Source of the DNA: an uncultured Gammaproteobacteria bacterium
Lineage (GTDB): Bacteria; Patescibacteriota; Microgenomatia; Levybacterales; UBA12049
Direction: 5' to 3'
Assembly (NCBI GenBank): GCA_964637955.1
Contig: CAZWXQ010000006.1
Coordinates: forward strand, 26,926-90,925
DNA length: 64,000 nucleotides
Part shown: piece after piece, positions 28,896 through 39,423 of the stretch
Layout of the letters: each line of letters opens with the position of its first letter
Numbering within the stretch: the stretch's first letter is position 1
The notes under the pieces: generated by a model
Told to the model about the DNA's origin: nothing
The model's input: only the letters and a program-made list of their open reading frames with translations
Databases searched by the model: none
Made by a program: the position numbers and the translations under genes

Positions 28896-30989
28896 CTATC
28901 TAGCTGGGGAAGGAGATACGCTTGGTCTTGCTGATGGTGAAGGTGTAAGGCTTGTTGTTGGGCCTGGAATTTTAACAGGTGGATTTTGTTCTGGAAGTTG
29001 AGCTTGTGGTTGATTTACTTGAAGATCACCTTGATTAACTGAAGGCTGCGTGTTTGCTTGCTGACTATTTGCTGCTTTTTGTTGAAGAGCAGCAATCTCT
29101 TTATCAATTACGTCAACACTAGCTTTATCTTTAATTACTAATTGTCTTACTGTTTGATATTGTGTAAGTGCTCCTTGGAAGTCTCCTTTTTGCTCTAAAG
29201 CATGACCTAAATTATAGTATGCGTTAGCAAAGTCTGGTTTTAGGCTGGCAGCATATTGGAATTGTCTGATTGCATTATCCCATTGACCCAATTGATAGTA
29301 AATTCCACCATAATTTATGTATTCTTGAGGGTTATTTGGATCAAGAATGATCGCCTGTTGGTTTGCGAGTAATGCAAATTGATCTGCATTTTGACCAAAT
29401 CCGATGAGTGCTCTATAAATAGATGAAAGATTCTGCCAGTTAACTGATGTTTGAGGAGAAACTGTGCTTGCATTTCTGCCACTATTTATAGCTTGTTGGA
29501 TAAGTTGATATATTGTTTGTTGTTGTTCTTGGGTAGGTTGTGTGCCTTGAGGGATACTTAAAGCCAAGTTGTTAGCTATAGCAAGGTTAATTTGAGAGAA
29601 TATTCTGTGATATCCATCCCTTTGTGGGAACATTCTGATAGCGTCTGTTTGATATTTGTATGTATTCTGAGCATCGTTCTTTGAAGCGTAGATGAGTGAT
29701 TTTTGGAATAAGTAGTCTGAAGCTAAGAATCTCACGCTAACTATGCCTATTACGAATGTGAATACCCCAACTAGTACTGCAAATGCGACTGGAAGTAAGT
29801 TAGAGTGTTCTGAGCTTGTTCTTGAGTTTGGATCAGTAAGTGCAAATACGCCTTGTCTAAGTGTAACTAATCTTAAATCTACATCAAAGAAGTTTGAATT
29901 GTGATGTTCTCCAAATCCTCGACTTACACTATATAAAGCTAATATTACGAAGAATAACATTATTGAAGAATATGAGAAAGGAAGTATGAAAGCTAGTACT
30001 ACTGCCAAGATTAAAGGAGTAAATAATGGTTTAGTTCTGAATATTTTATAGATTAAGAATAAGAATGACAGAATGCCAAGAAGTCCTGTTGTAGCTATTA
30101 ATTCAAGCGCGAATGTAGATGATCTTAAGAATGATAGATTCCAAAGGGCTTCACTTGCGTTAAATGTTGCTGGCTTGAATCTGGTGAAGTCAGTTAAGAA
30201 TGTGCCTAGGCCTGATCCCATTAAGAAGCCTTGAACCACACGGCCATTATCCTGAGATATTGCTGCGAATGCTGTTTGAAAACCTGTTTGATATGGTAAG
30301 ATAACTGGCTTTTGAAGAGTAAACATGGCAATTGCTGTAATAACTACACCTAAAAGAAGTACGAAAGCTCCTCCTACAAAGATTAAGCTACCTTTCTCTG
30401 CTACGGCTTTCTTTTTGAGAGCTGGAAGAGCCATGTAAAGAGCCATAGCTAAAATGAGAACTAAGTACATTAGTTGATCGAAGAGTGATCCAAATGTAGT
30501 GAAAGTCTGAACTTTAGCAAATGAAAATGGAAGCAAATAGATCTTTAGGTATGAAAGAAGAGTAATAGCTGAAACTAAAATTCCTCCACCAATCAACATT
30601 CCCAGCAGAAACTTGAAATCTTGCTGTTTCTTAGCCGTGTTGGTGATTATGAAGAAGAATAGTGCTGCGAACATGAAGGGAACAAATGTAATAAGAGAAT
30701 CAAATCTGTTTACTGCAAATACGCTTGAAAGGAGAGCTGCTAATATTAATAGTACTATTGGAAGATCAAATGGGGTTCTTCTGAGCCTTACGTTCTTGGT
30801 AAGAATTCCTCTAGCTGCCATTAAAACCAAGCCTGAAATTACTACAAAAGCAATACCTGCTTGTTTTGGAATTAGATATGCATCTGTTGTAATAGATGCT
30901 ACTAGAACAGGAAATAAAAGTAAATAAATACCTTGTATTACTACAGAAGCTTTATCTAATTGATGGGCATGTTTGTTTCTGTTTTCCAT
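28896..30989 (-). CDS. Multi-pass membrane protein (O-antigen-ligase-like) with C-terminal TPR repeats
   Basis: About 12 hydrophobic segments, G.G.G.F loop, TPRs (LKPDFANAYYNLGHAL). Confidence 0.75.
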   Translation of the reverse strand: MENRNKHAHQLDKASVVIQGIYLLLFPVLVASITTDAYLIPKQAGIAFVVISGLVLMAARGILTKNVRLRRTPFDLPIVLLILAALLSSVFAVNRFDSLITFVPFMFAALFFFIITNTAKKQQDFKFLLGMLIGGGILVSAITLLSYLKIYLLPFSFAKVQTFTTFGSLFDQLMYLVLILAMALYMALPALKKKAVAEKGSLIFVGGAFVLLLGVVITAIAMFTLQKPVILPYQTGFQTAFAAISQDNGRVVQGFLMGSGLGTFLTDFTRFKPATFNASEALWNLSFLRSSTFALELIATTGLLGILSFLFLIYKIFRTKPLFTPLILAVVLAFILPFSYSSIMLFFVILALYSVSRGFGEHHNSNFFDVDLRLVTLRQGVFALTDPNSRTSSEHSNLLPVAFAVLVGVFTFVIGIVSVRFLASDYLFQKSLIYASKNDAQNTYKYQTDAIRMFPQRDGYHRIFSQINLAIANNLALSIPQGTQPTQEQQQTIYQLIQQAINSGRNASTVSPQTSVNWQNLSSIYRALIGFGQNADQFALLANQQAIILDPNNPQEYINYGGIYYQLGQWDNAIRQFQYAASLKPDFANAYYNLGHALEQKGDFQGALTQYQTVRQLVIKDKASVDVIDKEIAALQQKAANSQQANTQPSVNQGDLQVNQPQAQLPEQNPPVKIPGPTTSLTPSPSARPSVSPSPAR

Positions 30990-31053
30990 GTATCTAATAA
31001 CTGTAATTTAGCAAAAGTATAATGTCAAGCATAAATAATTAGTAATAACTATA

Positions 31054-34000
31054 TCAATTTATAAGAATCCAATTAAAAGGAACTGATTTCTCAATTGCTT
31101 TAGATAACCCAACGGAAAACGATTCTCCAGGGACTTGTCTCAGTAGATATACGCTCTGATTTGGGATGCTAGTTCTTGGAGTGATATATATTAGTGAATC
31201 CTTGGTGACTAAAGGATTTCTGATAGTTAGTTCATTTTTATAAGGCATTATGTCTGCAGTTCCTGCTGATCCTGTGGCTATTACCTCAGTTTCGCTTACG
31301 GCCAAGGCTTTATGTATAAAGCTAAGATTTAGCTTATTAAAAGTCCCTGATCCTGAAGCTTCTACGTCACCCTTATAATTAAATGTTAATACTGCTGAGC
31401 CCGTGCCAGTTTTAAATTCAATTTTGGACTCGTTTATATCATCAGATTTAAAGTCAAATATAAGATCACGACCGGGGATTGGAGCAATTATATTTGCCAA
31501 AAGTTCGCCATTAACCTGCGCATTTTTAGCAAAGTATGCGTTTCCTCCTACTTTTAGATTTCCTTCAGTATCAAATTCTACAAGGCCTCCTGCGATGGAG
31601 ACACCTCCTTGTCTTAAGGGTTGAAGTTCAAGGTTTCCTCCGAGAACATTTATGCTTCTTCCAGCAATTGAAAGCTGTGCGCCTACGAATAGTCTCTCGG
31701 CAATATTTGCTTCATAGAAGCTGGTTTGACCCCATGAAACGAGACTTTCCGTAAAGGTTCCTGAGCTTGCGCTAAATCCGGCAATATCATTTGAGCCATT
31801 AGCAGATGCCAAGTTTGTAGTAGAAGCGGATTCACTACTATTATAATAGTAGTTATTAGAAATATAAGTGTTACTTGCTGAAGAAGAGGATAGGTTAATT
31901 CCTTGAAGCTTGGCCAAGGCTTCTTCAGAAAGATCTAGTTGGTCAGCTATGATTTTGTCTGCTCTAAGGGTTCCTGAAATGCTCGCATCGTTTGTTTGTA
32001 ATGAGTTTGAGGCTAGATTGCCTGAGAAGCTGGCATTTCCTTCTGCGTCAATTGAAGCTATGGCTGAATTTGAGGCATTAAAGACTTCAACCTTTGAAGA
32101 CTTATCGCTTGTCGGCAATTTGATTACAAGTTTTTCTCCAGACTTAGGCTTGATAATATCTGACTCAATGATAGGTGAGGAAAGTGCGATTTGTTTTTGG
32201 CCAACTCTCTCGTCGACTATACTATATATATAGTCCCTAATATTTTTCCCTGCAATTGTAATATCTTCACTAGCGATTGCCAGTGTATCAACTGAAAGAT
32301 TTTCAATGTGGGCTACTATTATATATGCGCTACTTACCGTCAGTCTTCCGAGCTCTAGATATCCAGCTTTTATGTTGGCTGCGAAAAGATCTGAAAATGC
32401 CTCAACTTTAGTTATTGGTAGATCATCATAGGTTATTCCGAAGCCGTTTTCTTGATTTGGAGTAATATTGAGTGAATCTGCGCGAGTAATGAATTTTTCA
32501 CTACTATTATAAGTAGCTTTCACAAATATCATTACTCCATCCTGATTTTCATCCCAATCTTCAAGTGCTTGGCCTATGACTGGTCCAGGATCTGTTGCTC
32601 TCATTATTTTTCCGGGAGTACTTGATGACGTTACATAGTCACCTTGAAAAATTTTGCCATTTTCATTGCTTGCCTTAACGATGATTCTTCCGCTAAGCGC
32701 AACAGGAACTTGTTTTTGTTCTCTGTATTGATTTCCATTAAAGCCTCCGAGTAAAAGGCCAGGAGCTGTTGATATTGCTCCAATTGCGCGTGGGTCATAA
32801 GGAGTTGAGCTTCTTTTCACAAAAACACCTCTTTGAGGATCCATAGTTACGACTTCGCCTGCTGTTAAGCTGGTGTCATATGTTGGATAATTCTCAGCCA
32901 CATCATAAACACTGGTAGCCGTGGAGGATGAGTAGATTACCCCTTCAGAATTATTGTCATTGTTACAATCCGAATCACTTCCAACACAGAGTCCACCACC
33001 TGAGATTTGAACTTTTGACTCGGGGTTAACTGTTCCTATCCCAACATTACCACCATTTCCATTATTTGACATGACTATTAGATTGCCTGCAATTGTCGCT
33101 GTCGGGAGGTTAGTGCTAACATTTATGATCCCAAATTTGGCGGAAGAGGTGGAATTTCCCCCAACTAAGAAGTCATTTGTAGAATTACTCAAAAAAACCG
33201 ATCCGAGCGATTGGTTAAGGTTTGAGTTTTGTGATCCCGATGAGCAAGGTGCCCAAGTTGGTGAGGATCCATTTGAAATAAGACATAATCCGCTTGCTCC
33301 AATTGAAAGTCTGTTTAATCCATTTGAATTATTAGCATAGAGCATATCACCTGAATTGTAACTTGTGATTCCAGTTCCGCCAAAATTTACGCCAAGTGAA
33401 TTATTCACGCTCCATATGCCTTGATTAATTACTGGTACGCCAGTGGAGGAGGAAGTGTTTAGTCCAGTTCCTCCATAAGTGTTTGTGATAAGTCCAGCTT
33501 TCCATGATCCGGTATTTATGGTTCCATTTGTAATGCCAAGTCCATTAATGTTTCCAGAGGTTAAAATATTTCCACCGTTATCAACTAAGAATTTTGTTAT
33601 CGCTCCAGTCGATGCAATTATAAGATCCCCGGTCGAGTTTTGGTTAATACTTAAAATAGCTTGTCTCCCAGAGGTTCCATTTACGAGAAGCATATCTTCG
33701 ACTAAAACTGCTCCTTGTACCAGAGAATCGCTGTTTGATGTATTTTTAATTCCTTTTCGTATGTCAATCGAACCTGAGCCATCTGGTGAGAGAATTATGT
33801 CGCCATTGGTTTGCGACGTCGTAGAGAGAACTAGTGTTTTTCCTGAGATAGTAAAAGTTCCACCGGTTGCTTGAAAAGTCGGACTAGCATTTCCACCAAT
33901 AGTCAAATTTCCAGATGAGTTTAAGGAGAGTAGAACATTTGAAGTCTCTGAAGAGCTAGTAATTGGTTCAAGCCCTTGAACTGTTTCTGAGTTTTGAGAA

Positions 34001-35490
34001 TATGCAACAGTGGCGATTGGTTGTCTAGGAGTTAGTTCTTTTGTTTCATCGACTGTTATTCCCAAAAAGAGGGAAGGATTCTCGGAGAAAAGATTTTGAG
34101 GGATTGGTGTGTTTTTCCCCAAAACTACATTAAAAATTCCATCAGCATTTGGAGTAGCCGGAATTACTTCTTGCCAAAGAAGAGCAGAGCCAGATGCTAC
34201 TGCGTTTTTATAAAGCCCCATTCTTAGATTTGTTTCATAATTTATAGCTTGTCCACTGGCGTCTGTTATTCTTCCTTGGAAAGTAAGCACTCTTGAAGCA
34301 GTTGAAGGATTAGAGCCTAATACTGATAGACTTTTTTGATTTACTGAATTTACTCTTGATAAAAGTAGGTATGAAAATAAAATCACGGTCAGCATAAGAA
34401 GAGAAAGGTGAAAATAGGAAACAAATGTATATGAATGATATCTTTTGTACCAATTTGGTCTTGAATATCTACTAATGTGGATGATTTTTTTATGAACGGG
34501 CATTCCTTCGGTTGAAATGCTTGAAGGAGAATAGGTAGATTTAGATATGTTTTTGACTGAAAAATTATTTTGAGTATTAGCAAATGTATTAAATGTTGAT
34601 TTTGCGTTTTGTTCAAAGACTGGTTTTCCCTTAGCGATCCAAATAGCCTTATCAGCTTGAGATAAAGCGGCAGCAAAAGGGGTAACCAGTAGAGTTTCTG
34701 CCGCTAATTTTAGGCCTATATTTGATTTTTGGGCTATTCTAACCGGGGGAATACTAGAATATTTGATATCCTTTGATACATTTTCTTCAGTTAAATTTGG
34801 GGTAAAAGCGGGTATTATTAATTTATCGTCTAGCCTCGATTCGTTTAGCACTTGAATATTTGATCTGATAAGTTCGTGCTCAGTCGCCCAATTTGAGTAT
34901 CTTCGCAGAGATGAAAGCTTTCTATTAACAGAAGCAGGGGAGAGAAGTAGTGAATTTAGAAGATAATTTTTAAATTCATTTATTGAATTATTATTTACAT
35001 TATTTAAGGCTAAGCTAGCTTTGCTGTTAGCATTTGGAGCGTCTATTATGCTAGCCTCAAGCCAGTTTTTGTACTGTTTTAAGTCTATGATATAGTTTTT
35101 TATAGTAAGATTAGATGCCTTTTCTGTGTATAGATAATTTTTAAATTCTCTTATTCTCCACGTGTCTTGATCAATTTCACGATCAATTTCAATTTTAGCC
35201 TCAAATGGAGATTGTGAAACAATGCCTTGAGAATGAAGGAACGTAAAAAATTTACGAAGACTTGAGATGTTTCTTTCAACTGAGGACGCGGAATAGATTG
35301 AAAGTGAGGCTAATTTGAAGCTTTCTATTAATTCATAATTAATTTCGAGCGGATTAAAGCCCATATTAAATTGCTTTTCATACCATTTAGTAAACCTATT
35401 CACATCTGATACATAGTTTTTCACGGTAACTTTTGAAGCTGGGTGGCTTTGATTGAGTAAATAGTCTCGAAATTGTTCAGATAAGTTCAT
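31054..35490 (-). CDS. Fusion: two integrase N-terminal SAM-like domains + TM + large extracellular fibre-like region
   Basis: S..TVKNY.SD..RF...SVER.ISSLRKFF and S..TIKNY..DL...SVNRKLSSLRRY; no catalytic domain; TM; FQGRITD..G; DVAENY...PVALSGR. Confidence 0.75.
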   Translation of the reverse strand: MNLSEQFRDYLLNQSHPASKVTVKNYVSDVNRFTKWYEKQFNMGFNPLEINYELIESFKLASLSIYSASSVERNISSLRKFFTFLHSQGIVSQSPFEAKIEIDREIDQDTWRIREFKNYLYTEKASNLTIKNYIIDLKQYKNWLEASIIDAPNANSKASLALNNVNNNSINEFKNYLLNSLLLSPASVNRKLSSLRRYSNWATEHELIRSNIQVLNESRLDDKLIIPAFTPNLTEENVSKDIKYSSIPPVRIAQKSNIGLKLAAETLLVTPFAAALSQADKAIWIAKGKPVFEQNAKSTFNTFANTQNNFSVKNISKSTYSPSSISTEGMPVHKKIIHISRYSRPNWYKRYHSYTFVSYFHLSLLMLTVILFSYLLLSRVNSVNQKSLSVLGSNPSTASRVLTFQGRITDASGQAINYETNLRMGLYKNAVASGSALLWQEVIPATPNADGIFNVVLGKNTPIPQNLFSENPSLFLGITVDETKELTPRQPIATVAYSQNSETVQGLEPITSSSETSNVLLSLNSSGNLTIGGNASPTFQATGGTFTISGKTLVLSTTSQTNGDIILSPDGSGSIDIRKGIKNTSNSDSLVQGAVLVEDMLLVNGTSGRQAILSINQNSTGDLIIASTGAITKFLVDNGGNILTSGNINGLGITNGTINTGSWKAGLITNTYGGTGLNTSSSTGVPVINQGIWSVNNSLGVNFGGTGITSYNSGDMLYANNSNGLNRLSIGASGLCLISNGSSPTWAPCSSGSQNSNLNQSLGSVFLSNSTNDFLVGGNSTSSAKFGIINVSTNLPTATIAGNLIVMSNNGNGGNVGIGTVNPESKVQISGGGLCVGSDSDCNNDNNSEGVIYSSSTATSVYDVAENYPTYDTSLTAGEVVTMDPQRGVFVKRSSTPYDPRAIGAISTAPGLLLGGFNGNQYREQKQVPVALSGRIIVKASNENGKIFQGDYVTSSSTPGKIMRATDPGPVIGQALEDWDENQDGVMIFVKATYNSSEKFITRADSLNITPNQENGFGITYDDLPITKVEAFSDLFAANIKAGYLELGRLTVSSAYIIVAHIENLSVDTLAIASEDITIAGKNIRDYIYSIVDERVGQKQIALSSPIIESDIIKPKSGEKLVIKLPTSDKSSKVEVFNASNSAIASIDAEGNASFSGNLASNSLQTNDASISGTLRADKIIADQLDLSEEALAKLQGINLSSSSASNTYISNNYYYNSSESASTTNLASANGSNDIAGFSASSGTFTESLVSWGQTSFYEANIAERLFVGAQLSIAGRSINVLGGNLELQPLRQGGVSIAGGLVEFDTEGNLKVGGNAYFAKNAQVNGELLANIIAPIPGRDLIFDFKSDDINESKIEFKTGTGSAVLTFNYKGDVEASGSGTFNKLNLSFIHKALAVSETEVIATGSAGTADIMPYKNELTIRNPLVTKDSLIYITPRTSIPNQSVYLLRQVPGESFSVGLSKAIEKSVPFNWILIN

Positions 35491-36028
35491 ATTTATGATT
35501 CCCGAAATAAAGTATTAAAAATGCTCTTTTAGCCTTGAGATTATACGGATTATACTGATTATTCTTGTGTAATAAATTAATTACTGTTATACAATAAGAA
35601 TAGTGTAGCTTTGTGCCTGAAGTCAAGAACCTGGAGTAGTGTGAAATGATATATTTAGTTATAATTAGGTAGAATAAATAACGATTTTTAAAGTTTTGTG
35701 AAAAGTAATTCTTTGTGTAAATTCAGCTTTGGACTGTGAAAAACTTAATTTTCCACAGAATAATATCTAAATTTTCATGCTTGGCGGTTGGTTTGTCATT
35801 TTTGGCGAAGAAGAGTGGTATGTGCTAGCTTTCTGACGTTTTTATTTAGCCTCAATTGCAAATTCCTTATCAGTAGCATGTCTCGCACTGCTAAATTTTC
35901 AAGTTATTATGTGTTTATTTACGCGTTAAATAAGCCTGTATGCCACCTTTAATATGTTTGCTAATGCCTTAGTGGTGATTTAGTTTGGTTTTAGCTTCGT
36001 TATCCAAGTTATTATACCAAGATTTAAT

Positions 36029-36973
36029 TTACTTTATTCTGTTTTTTAACTTTGCAGCTCTTATAAGCCAAGTAAGTATAGTTATCAGAGAAACTGTAAC
36101 TAGTAGACCTTTTACTGGCAATGCGAAAAATACTTTTGATTCGTGTAGTAGGGGGCCATTTTCAGAAATTGCCACATTAAGATCAGCCTTATATATTCCT
36201 AGAAGAAAGTTTTCATTCCAGGCTAACTTGCCGTTTGAGTTAGCTATAATTCTGCTCGAGTTTTCTAGTATCGTGGTTGGTTCAATTTCGACATTTCCTA
36301 CAGTTTGGCCAAACATGTTTTTTATGACTAAATTTCCTTTTGAAGTAACAAAATGCTTGCTGGTATTACTTATTTCTAATTCAGCTTCAACTGGACCATT
36401 TGAAACAAATCGGGGTATGGTAAATTTGGAAATAGCTCCGGTTGATTTATCATCTGATCCAACAGTAAGAAGAAGATTTACGCCTAAGCCTGCTTTATTC
36501 AAAACTATATTTGTCTTAGCTTCGCCAGAAGCTGTTTGAGATAAGAAAATAGCTGTGAAATAATAATCTCTTTGTTCAACTTCATCAGTAACCGGGATCA
36601 TTAGCAAGAGATTTTTCCTTTGAAAAGGTGGCACTGTGAGCTCGCTTAAGGGTTTTCCCTGGTCTGATATAGTTACTTTTTCAAAGAAAGATTTATATTC
36701 TTCTGAGAGTTCTGGATCAAAATTAGGTTCTCCGCTAAAATCAGAATTAGCCTTGAATGGGCGAAGAAAGATATTGTAAGTTATATTTTGATCCGATGAA
36801 TTATAAATATTTATCGGAGCTTTCACGACAGAAGGTGAGCTTGCGCGAATCTTAATTACGCTTGGGTTTACGCTTGTGGAAAAATTTTGAGCACTAGCGT
36901 TTTGTGCAAATGTAGTTAAAAGCATAAGCGCAATTAGAAGTATAATTTTCAATTTTAAATTTTTAATTTTCAT
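36029..36973 (-). CDS. DUF916/WxL-interacting-like surface protein
   Basis: Signal peptide, SVNPSVIKI, two Ig-like regions, C-terminal TM plus basic tail; adjacent to WxL-like gene. Confidence 0.55.
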   Translation of the reverse strand: MKIKNLKLKIILLIALMLLTTFAQNASAQNFSTSVNPSVIKIRASSPSVVKAPINIYNSSDQNITYNIFLRPFKANSDFSGEPNFDPELSEEYKSFFEKVTISDQGKPLSELTVPPFQRKNLLLMIPVTDEVEQRDYYFTAIFLSQTASGEAKTNIVLNKAGLGVNLLLTVGSDDKSTGAISKFTIPRFVSNGPVEAELEISNTSKHFVTSKGNLVIKNMFGQTVGNVEIEPTTILENSSRIIANSNGKLAWNENFLLGIYKADLNVAISENGPLLHESKVFFALPVKGLLVTVSLITILTWLIRAAKLKNRIK

Positions 36974-37040
36974 TCAATTATTAAATTTTAAAACATTTAG
37001 ATTTCATTAATAATTTTAAATTAGTAATTTTAAATTATTA
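36943..37040. repeat. AT-rich heptamer element overlapping start codon
   Basis: Encodes the MKIKNLKLKI N-terminus of the 36973 gene. Confidence 0.65.
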
Positions 37041-37049
37041 TTAGCAAAG

Positions 37050-37793
37050 CTAATAACTAGGAATAGCTATGAAAGTAACTGTATTTGAATAGGGGCCTCG
37101 AGGCTGAGATGAGGAAACATTCACTTTGTAAGTAATCGAAGCTTCCTGGCCTAAGCTAGAGCTCTCAGAGAGCATGGTGGTTGGAGTCTCATCTTTTGAT
37201 GCATCTGAGAATTGTTTGAAATAATTTTCTCTATCAAAGCTAGTGTCATTTTCCACGCAGCTAGATTTACTAGAATCACATCTATATCCAAATCCATAAG
37301 TAAGAGTGCTGTCCCATTTGTCTGAAGTATAATCTGTGCATTTTCCATTATCACAAGTCGTGTCTGGGATTTTCACGCCTTTTTTAGCTTCGGTTAATTC
37401 ATGATTTTCAATTCCTGTAACTTTATAGCCAGCCTTATTCATGTTTTTAACTTTCAAAATATTGCTTCTGGTCACTGGATTGGTTGGGGAAAGTGAGCCG
37501 AAATCGATATTAGTGCTTGAAATAGAAAAACTGAATGGGTTATTTTCTGGAGAATAGTTTTTTCCCAAATCAACTTTATAGTTCACGCCTGAAAGCTCAT
37601 TACCCGTATTAGATGTGTCTATATCGATATTATTTGATGTAGTCGGGTCTGCAAAAGAATTGATGTTTTCAATCTGAACTTTATACATCGAATTCTGAGA
37701 TGACTGGGCACGAACCAAAGGCATAGAAATAAACAAATAAGCAAATAAACAAATAAGCAAATAAATTTTTAATTTTAAATTTTTAATTTTCAT
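37050..37793 (-). CDS. Secreted WxL-like protein
   Basis: Signal peptide; FSFSIS...IDFGSLSP; C-terminal Y..NVS..Q..G.YSNTVTFIAIPSY. Confidence 0.55.
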   Translation of the reverse strand: MKIKNLKLKIYLLICLFAYLFISMPLVRAQSSQNSMYKVQIENINSFADPTTSNNIDIDTSNTGNELSGVNYKVDLGKNYSPENNPFSFSISSTNIDFGSLSPTNPVTRSNILKVKNMNKAGYKVTGIENHELTEAKKGVKIPDTTCDNGKCTDYTSDKWDSTLTYGFGYRCDSSKSSCVENDTSFDRENYFKQFSDASKDETPTTMLSESSSLGQEASITYKVNVSSSQPRGPYSNTVTFIAIPSY

Positions 37794-37830
37794 TGAAATA
37801 TTAATTCAAAATTTACAAATAATAATTTTC
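37764..37830. repeat. AT-rich heptamer element overlapping start codon
   Basis: Encodes the MKIKNLKLKI N-terminus of the 37793 gene. Confidence 0.6.
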
Positions 37831-38285
37831 CGTTAATTAAATCGTAGCACAAAAGTAATATAACCTGCCATGAAGTCAGTTTCGCTGCAATTTAAAGACC
37901 TATAGTTTGACATTTACCTTAAAATATGGTAGGATATAGATCGCTTTTTGAGGCTAAATTAGCCATTTGCGGTTAAAATTAGCATCATTAAGTTTATTTA
38001 TTCTGAGAGGTTAATTTTTCTCAGATCTGGTCGCTTAAAGCGGCCTCGCACCTTAACAGATTGTCTAGTAGCTTCTATCTGAATTTATTCAGATTTAGAA
38101 CTACTTGATGCCGATACTTAATGTATCGGTATGGAATGAAAATTATAAATTATTGCTCATGTAAAGTGAGGACAATGGTTTAGTTATTAGTAAAAATAGC
38201 TGATCTTTTGTCCTTACTTTGCTTTGGCCGCAAGGTCACATAGAAGAGTTCGCTCGACTATGAGAGCAGAAAGCAGAGAAAGAAC

Positions 38286-38729
38286 ATGTCTGAGGAGCAG
38301 AAAGCATGCAAGCAGAAAACTCAGACAAGCTGGAGCACAGGCATGTCACTTCTTAGTGTTCGCCAGAACAGCGAGCTTGAGTTCGCTCGAGCCGTGAGGA
38401 AGATCCTGGAAAAGGCCATCAAGGAGAAGGTGACGATCACCCGCATCGTCAACGATCCCGAGTGGGTCATCCGGATCATCCGTGTCGATCAAGAGGGGGG
38501 GGTTTCCTCCGTCAGGTTCGAGGCGGTCTTCTACTCCGTGAGTCCTTTCGCCTACGACAACAGGTACTTCAAGTACCTCAGCCTAGTCATCACGGATGAC
38601 AATGGCTTCGGGGGCTCAGCGGAGTTCAAGTTCACTGACGATCAGATGTTCGTGACAGTTGGCTCATTGTGGCCGTCCACGCATCCGATCCAGCTGAACC
38701 TGACGTTCGACGACGACAATTTCCGCTAG
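38286..38729 (+). CDS. High-GC orphan protein (alternative start ATG 38343 has a GGAG SD)
   Basis: GC3-rich codons; no recognisable motif. Confidence 0.65.
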   Translation: MSEEQKACKQKTQTSWSTGMSLLSVRQNSELEFARAVRKILEKAIKEKVTITRIVNDPEWVIRIIRVDQEGGVSSVRFEAVFYSVSPFAYDNRYFKYLSLVITDDNGFGGSAEFKFTDDQMFVTVGSLWPSTHPIQLNLTFDDDNFR

Positions 38730-38803
38730 GCCATAGGGGCGAAAAGGGGAGTCTGCTCTCTCTCCTCAGCTCCGGGTACGGAACTCTTAGTGAGGTATCG
38801 CGT

Positions 38804-38881
38804 GTGCAGAACGCTACCGATAATATCGTCAAGCTCGCGCGCTTCTTGAGGCGGTTATCCGTCTTGGCTTCGCAGTTCTGA
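38804..38881 (+). CDS. Possible 25-aa peptide MQNATDNIVKLARFLRRLSVLASQF
   Basis: GAGGT SD 7 nt before GTG. Confidence 0.35.
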   Translation: MQNATDNIVKLARFLRRLSVLASQF

Positions 38882-38948
38882 CGATCGGACGTGGTCTTCG
38901 TGCAGCCTACAAGCTGCTCGGCAAACTTTAGCTCGAAAGGAGCGGAAG

Positions 38949-39086
38949 GTGAAGAAGCCTCAGAATCCGAAGAGGATCCTGGTTCGCAGTTGGCCTAGGC
39001 CTCCTGGTCTCATTAGGCCATGGGTAGATCCCAGGATCGCTCCCAGCACCGGCAAGCAGAAGAAGTCTGTTGTCATCAAGTTCTGA
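38949..39086 (+). CDS. 45-aa basic Pro/Arg-rich peptide (not in ORF track)
   Basis: AAAGGAG SD 6 nt before GTG; MKKPQNPKRILVRSWPRPPGLIRPWVDPRIAPSTGKQKKSVVIKF; all Lys codons are AAG. Confidence 0.5.
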   Translation: MKKPQNPKRILVRSWPRPPGLIRPWVDPRIAPSTGKQKKSVVIKF

Positions 39087-39423
39087 AAGGAGCAGATTAG
39101 GGCAAGTAGCTCAATTCATTCCGCAATCATCCTAAGGGGAAATTCAGCCCTATGGATACAACTCGTGCTCTAAAAGGCATGGGTGAAACTGCACAGGTAC
39201 TGGGACGAAAGTCTTGGAAATAGAGACTAGATCTGGCGATCTTAAGGTTGTGCTGCATCGCTGCACCCCCTCGAGTTCTCCTCATTTTTTCTCCTTAACA
39301 CCTGTGTTTTTTCATGCCCATTTATAGTCATTAGTTAATAGGTATTAGATATTAGGCAATAGATTTAAAGCTAGTCACTAGTATCTAGTAACTAATAACT
39401 CAGGAGTGCTATACTTCAAGTAT

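Larger units (their letters stand above)
37897..39321 (+). other. High-GC cassette 2 with structured leader
   Basis: TTGACA(37907)-N17-TAGGAT; TAGCC-ATTTGC-GGTTA 37960-37975; boxA-like CGCACCTTAACA 38047-38058; leader hairpins homologous to cassette 3. Confidence 0.7.

Noticed and set aside
31054-35490. Functional site-specific integrase marking a prophage
   Set aside because: No catalytic tyrosine-recombinase domain and no phage genes nearby.
39325-39400. Other 7-nt-period AT-rich hairpins (also about 48020-48080 and 59705-59765) as distinct ncRNAs
   Set aside because: They look like generic intergenic heptamer palindromes with no specific functional signal.
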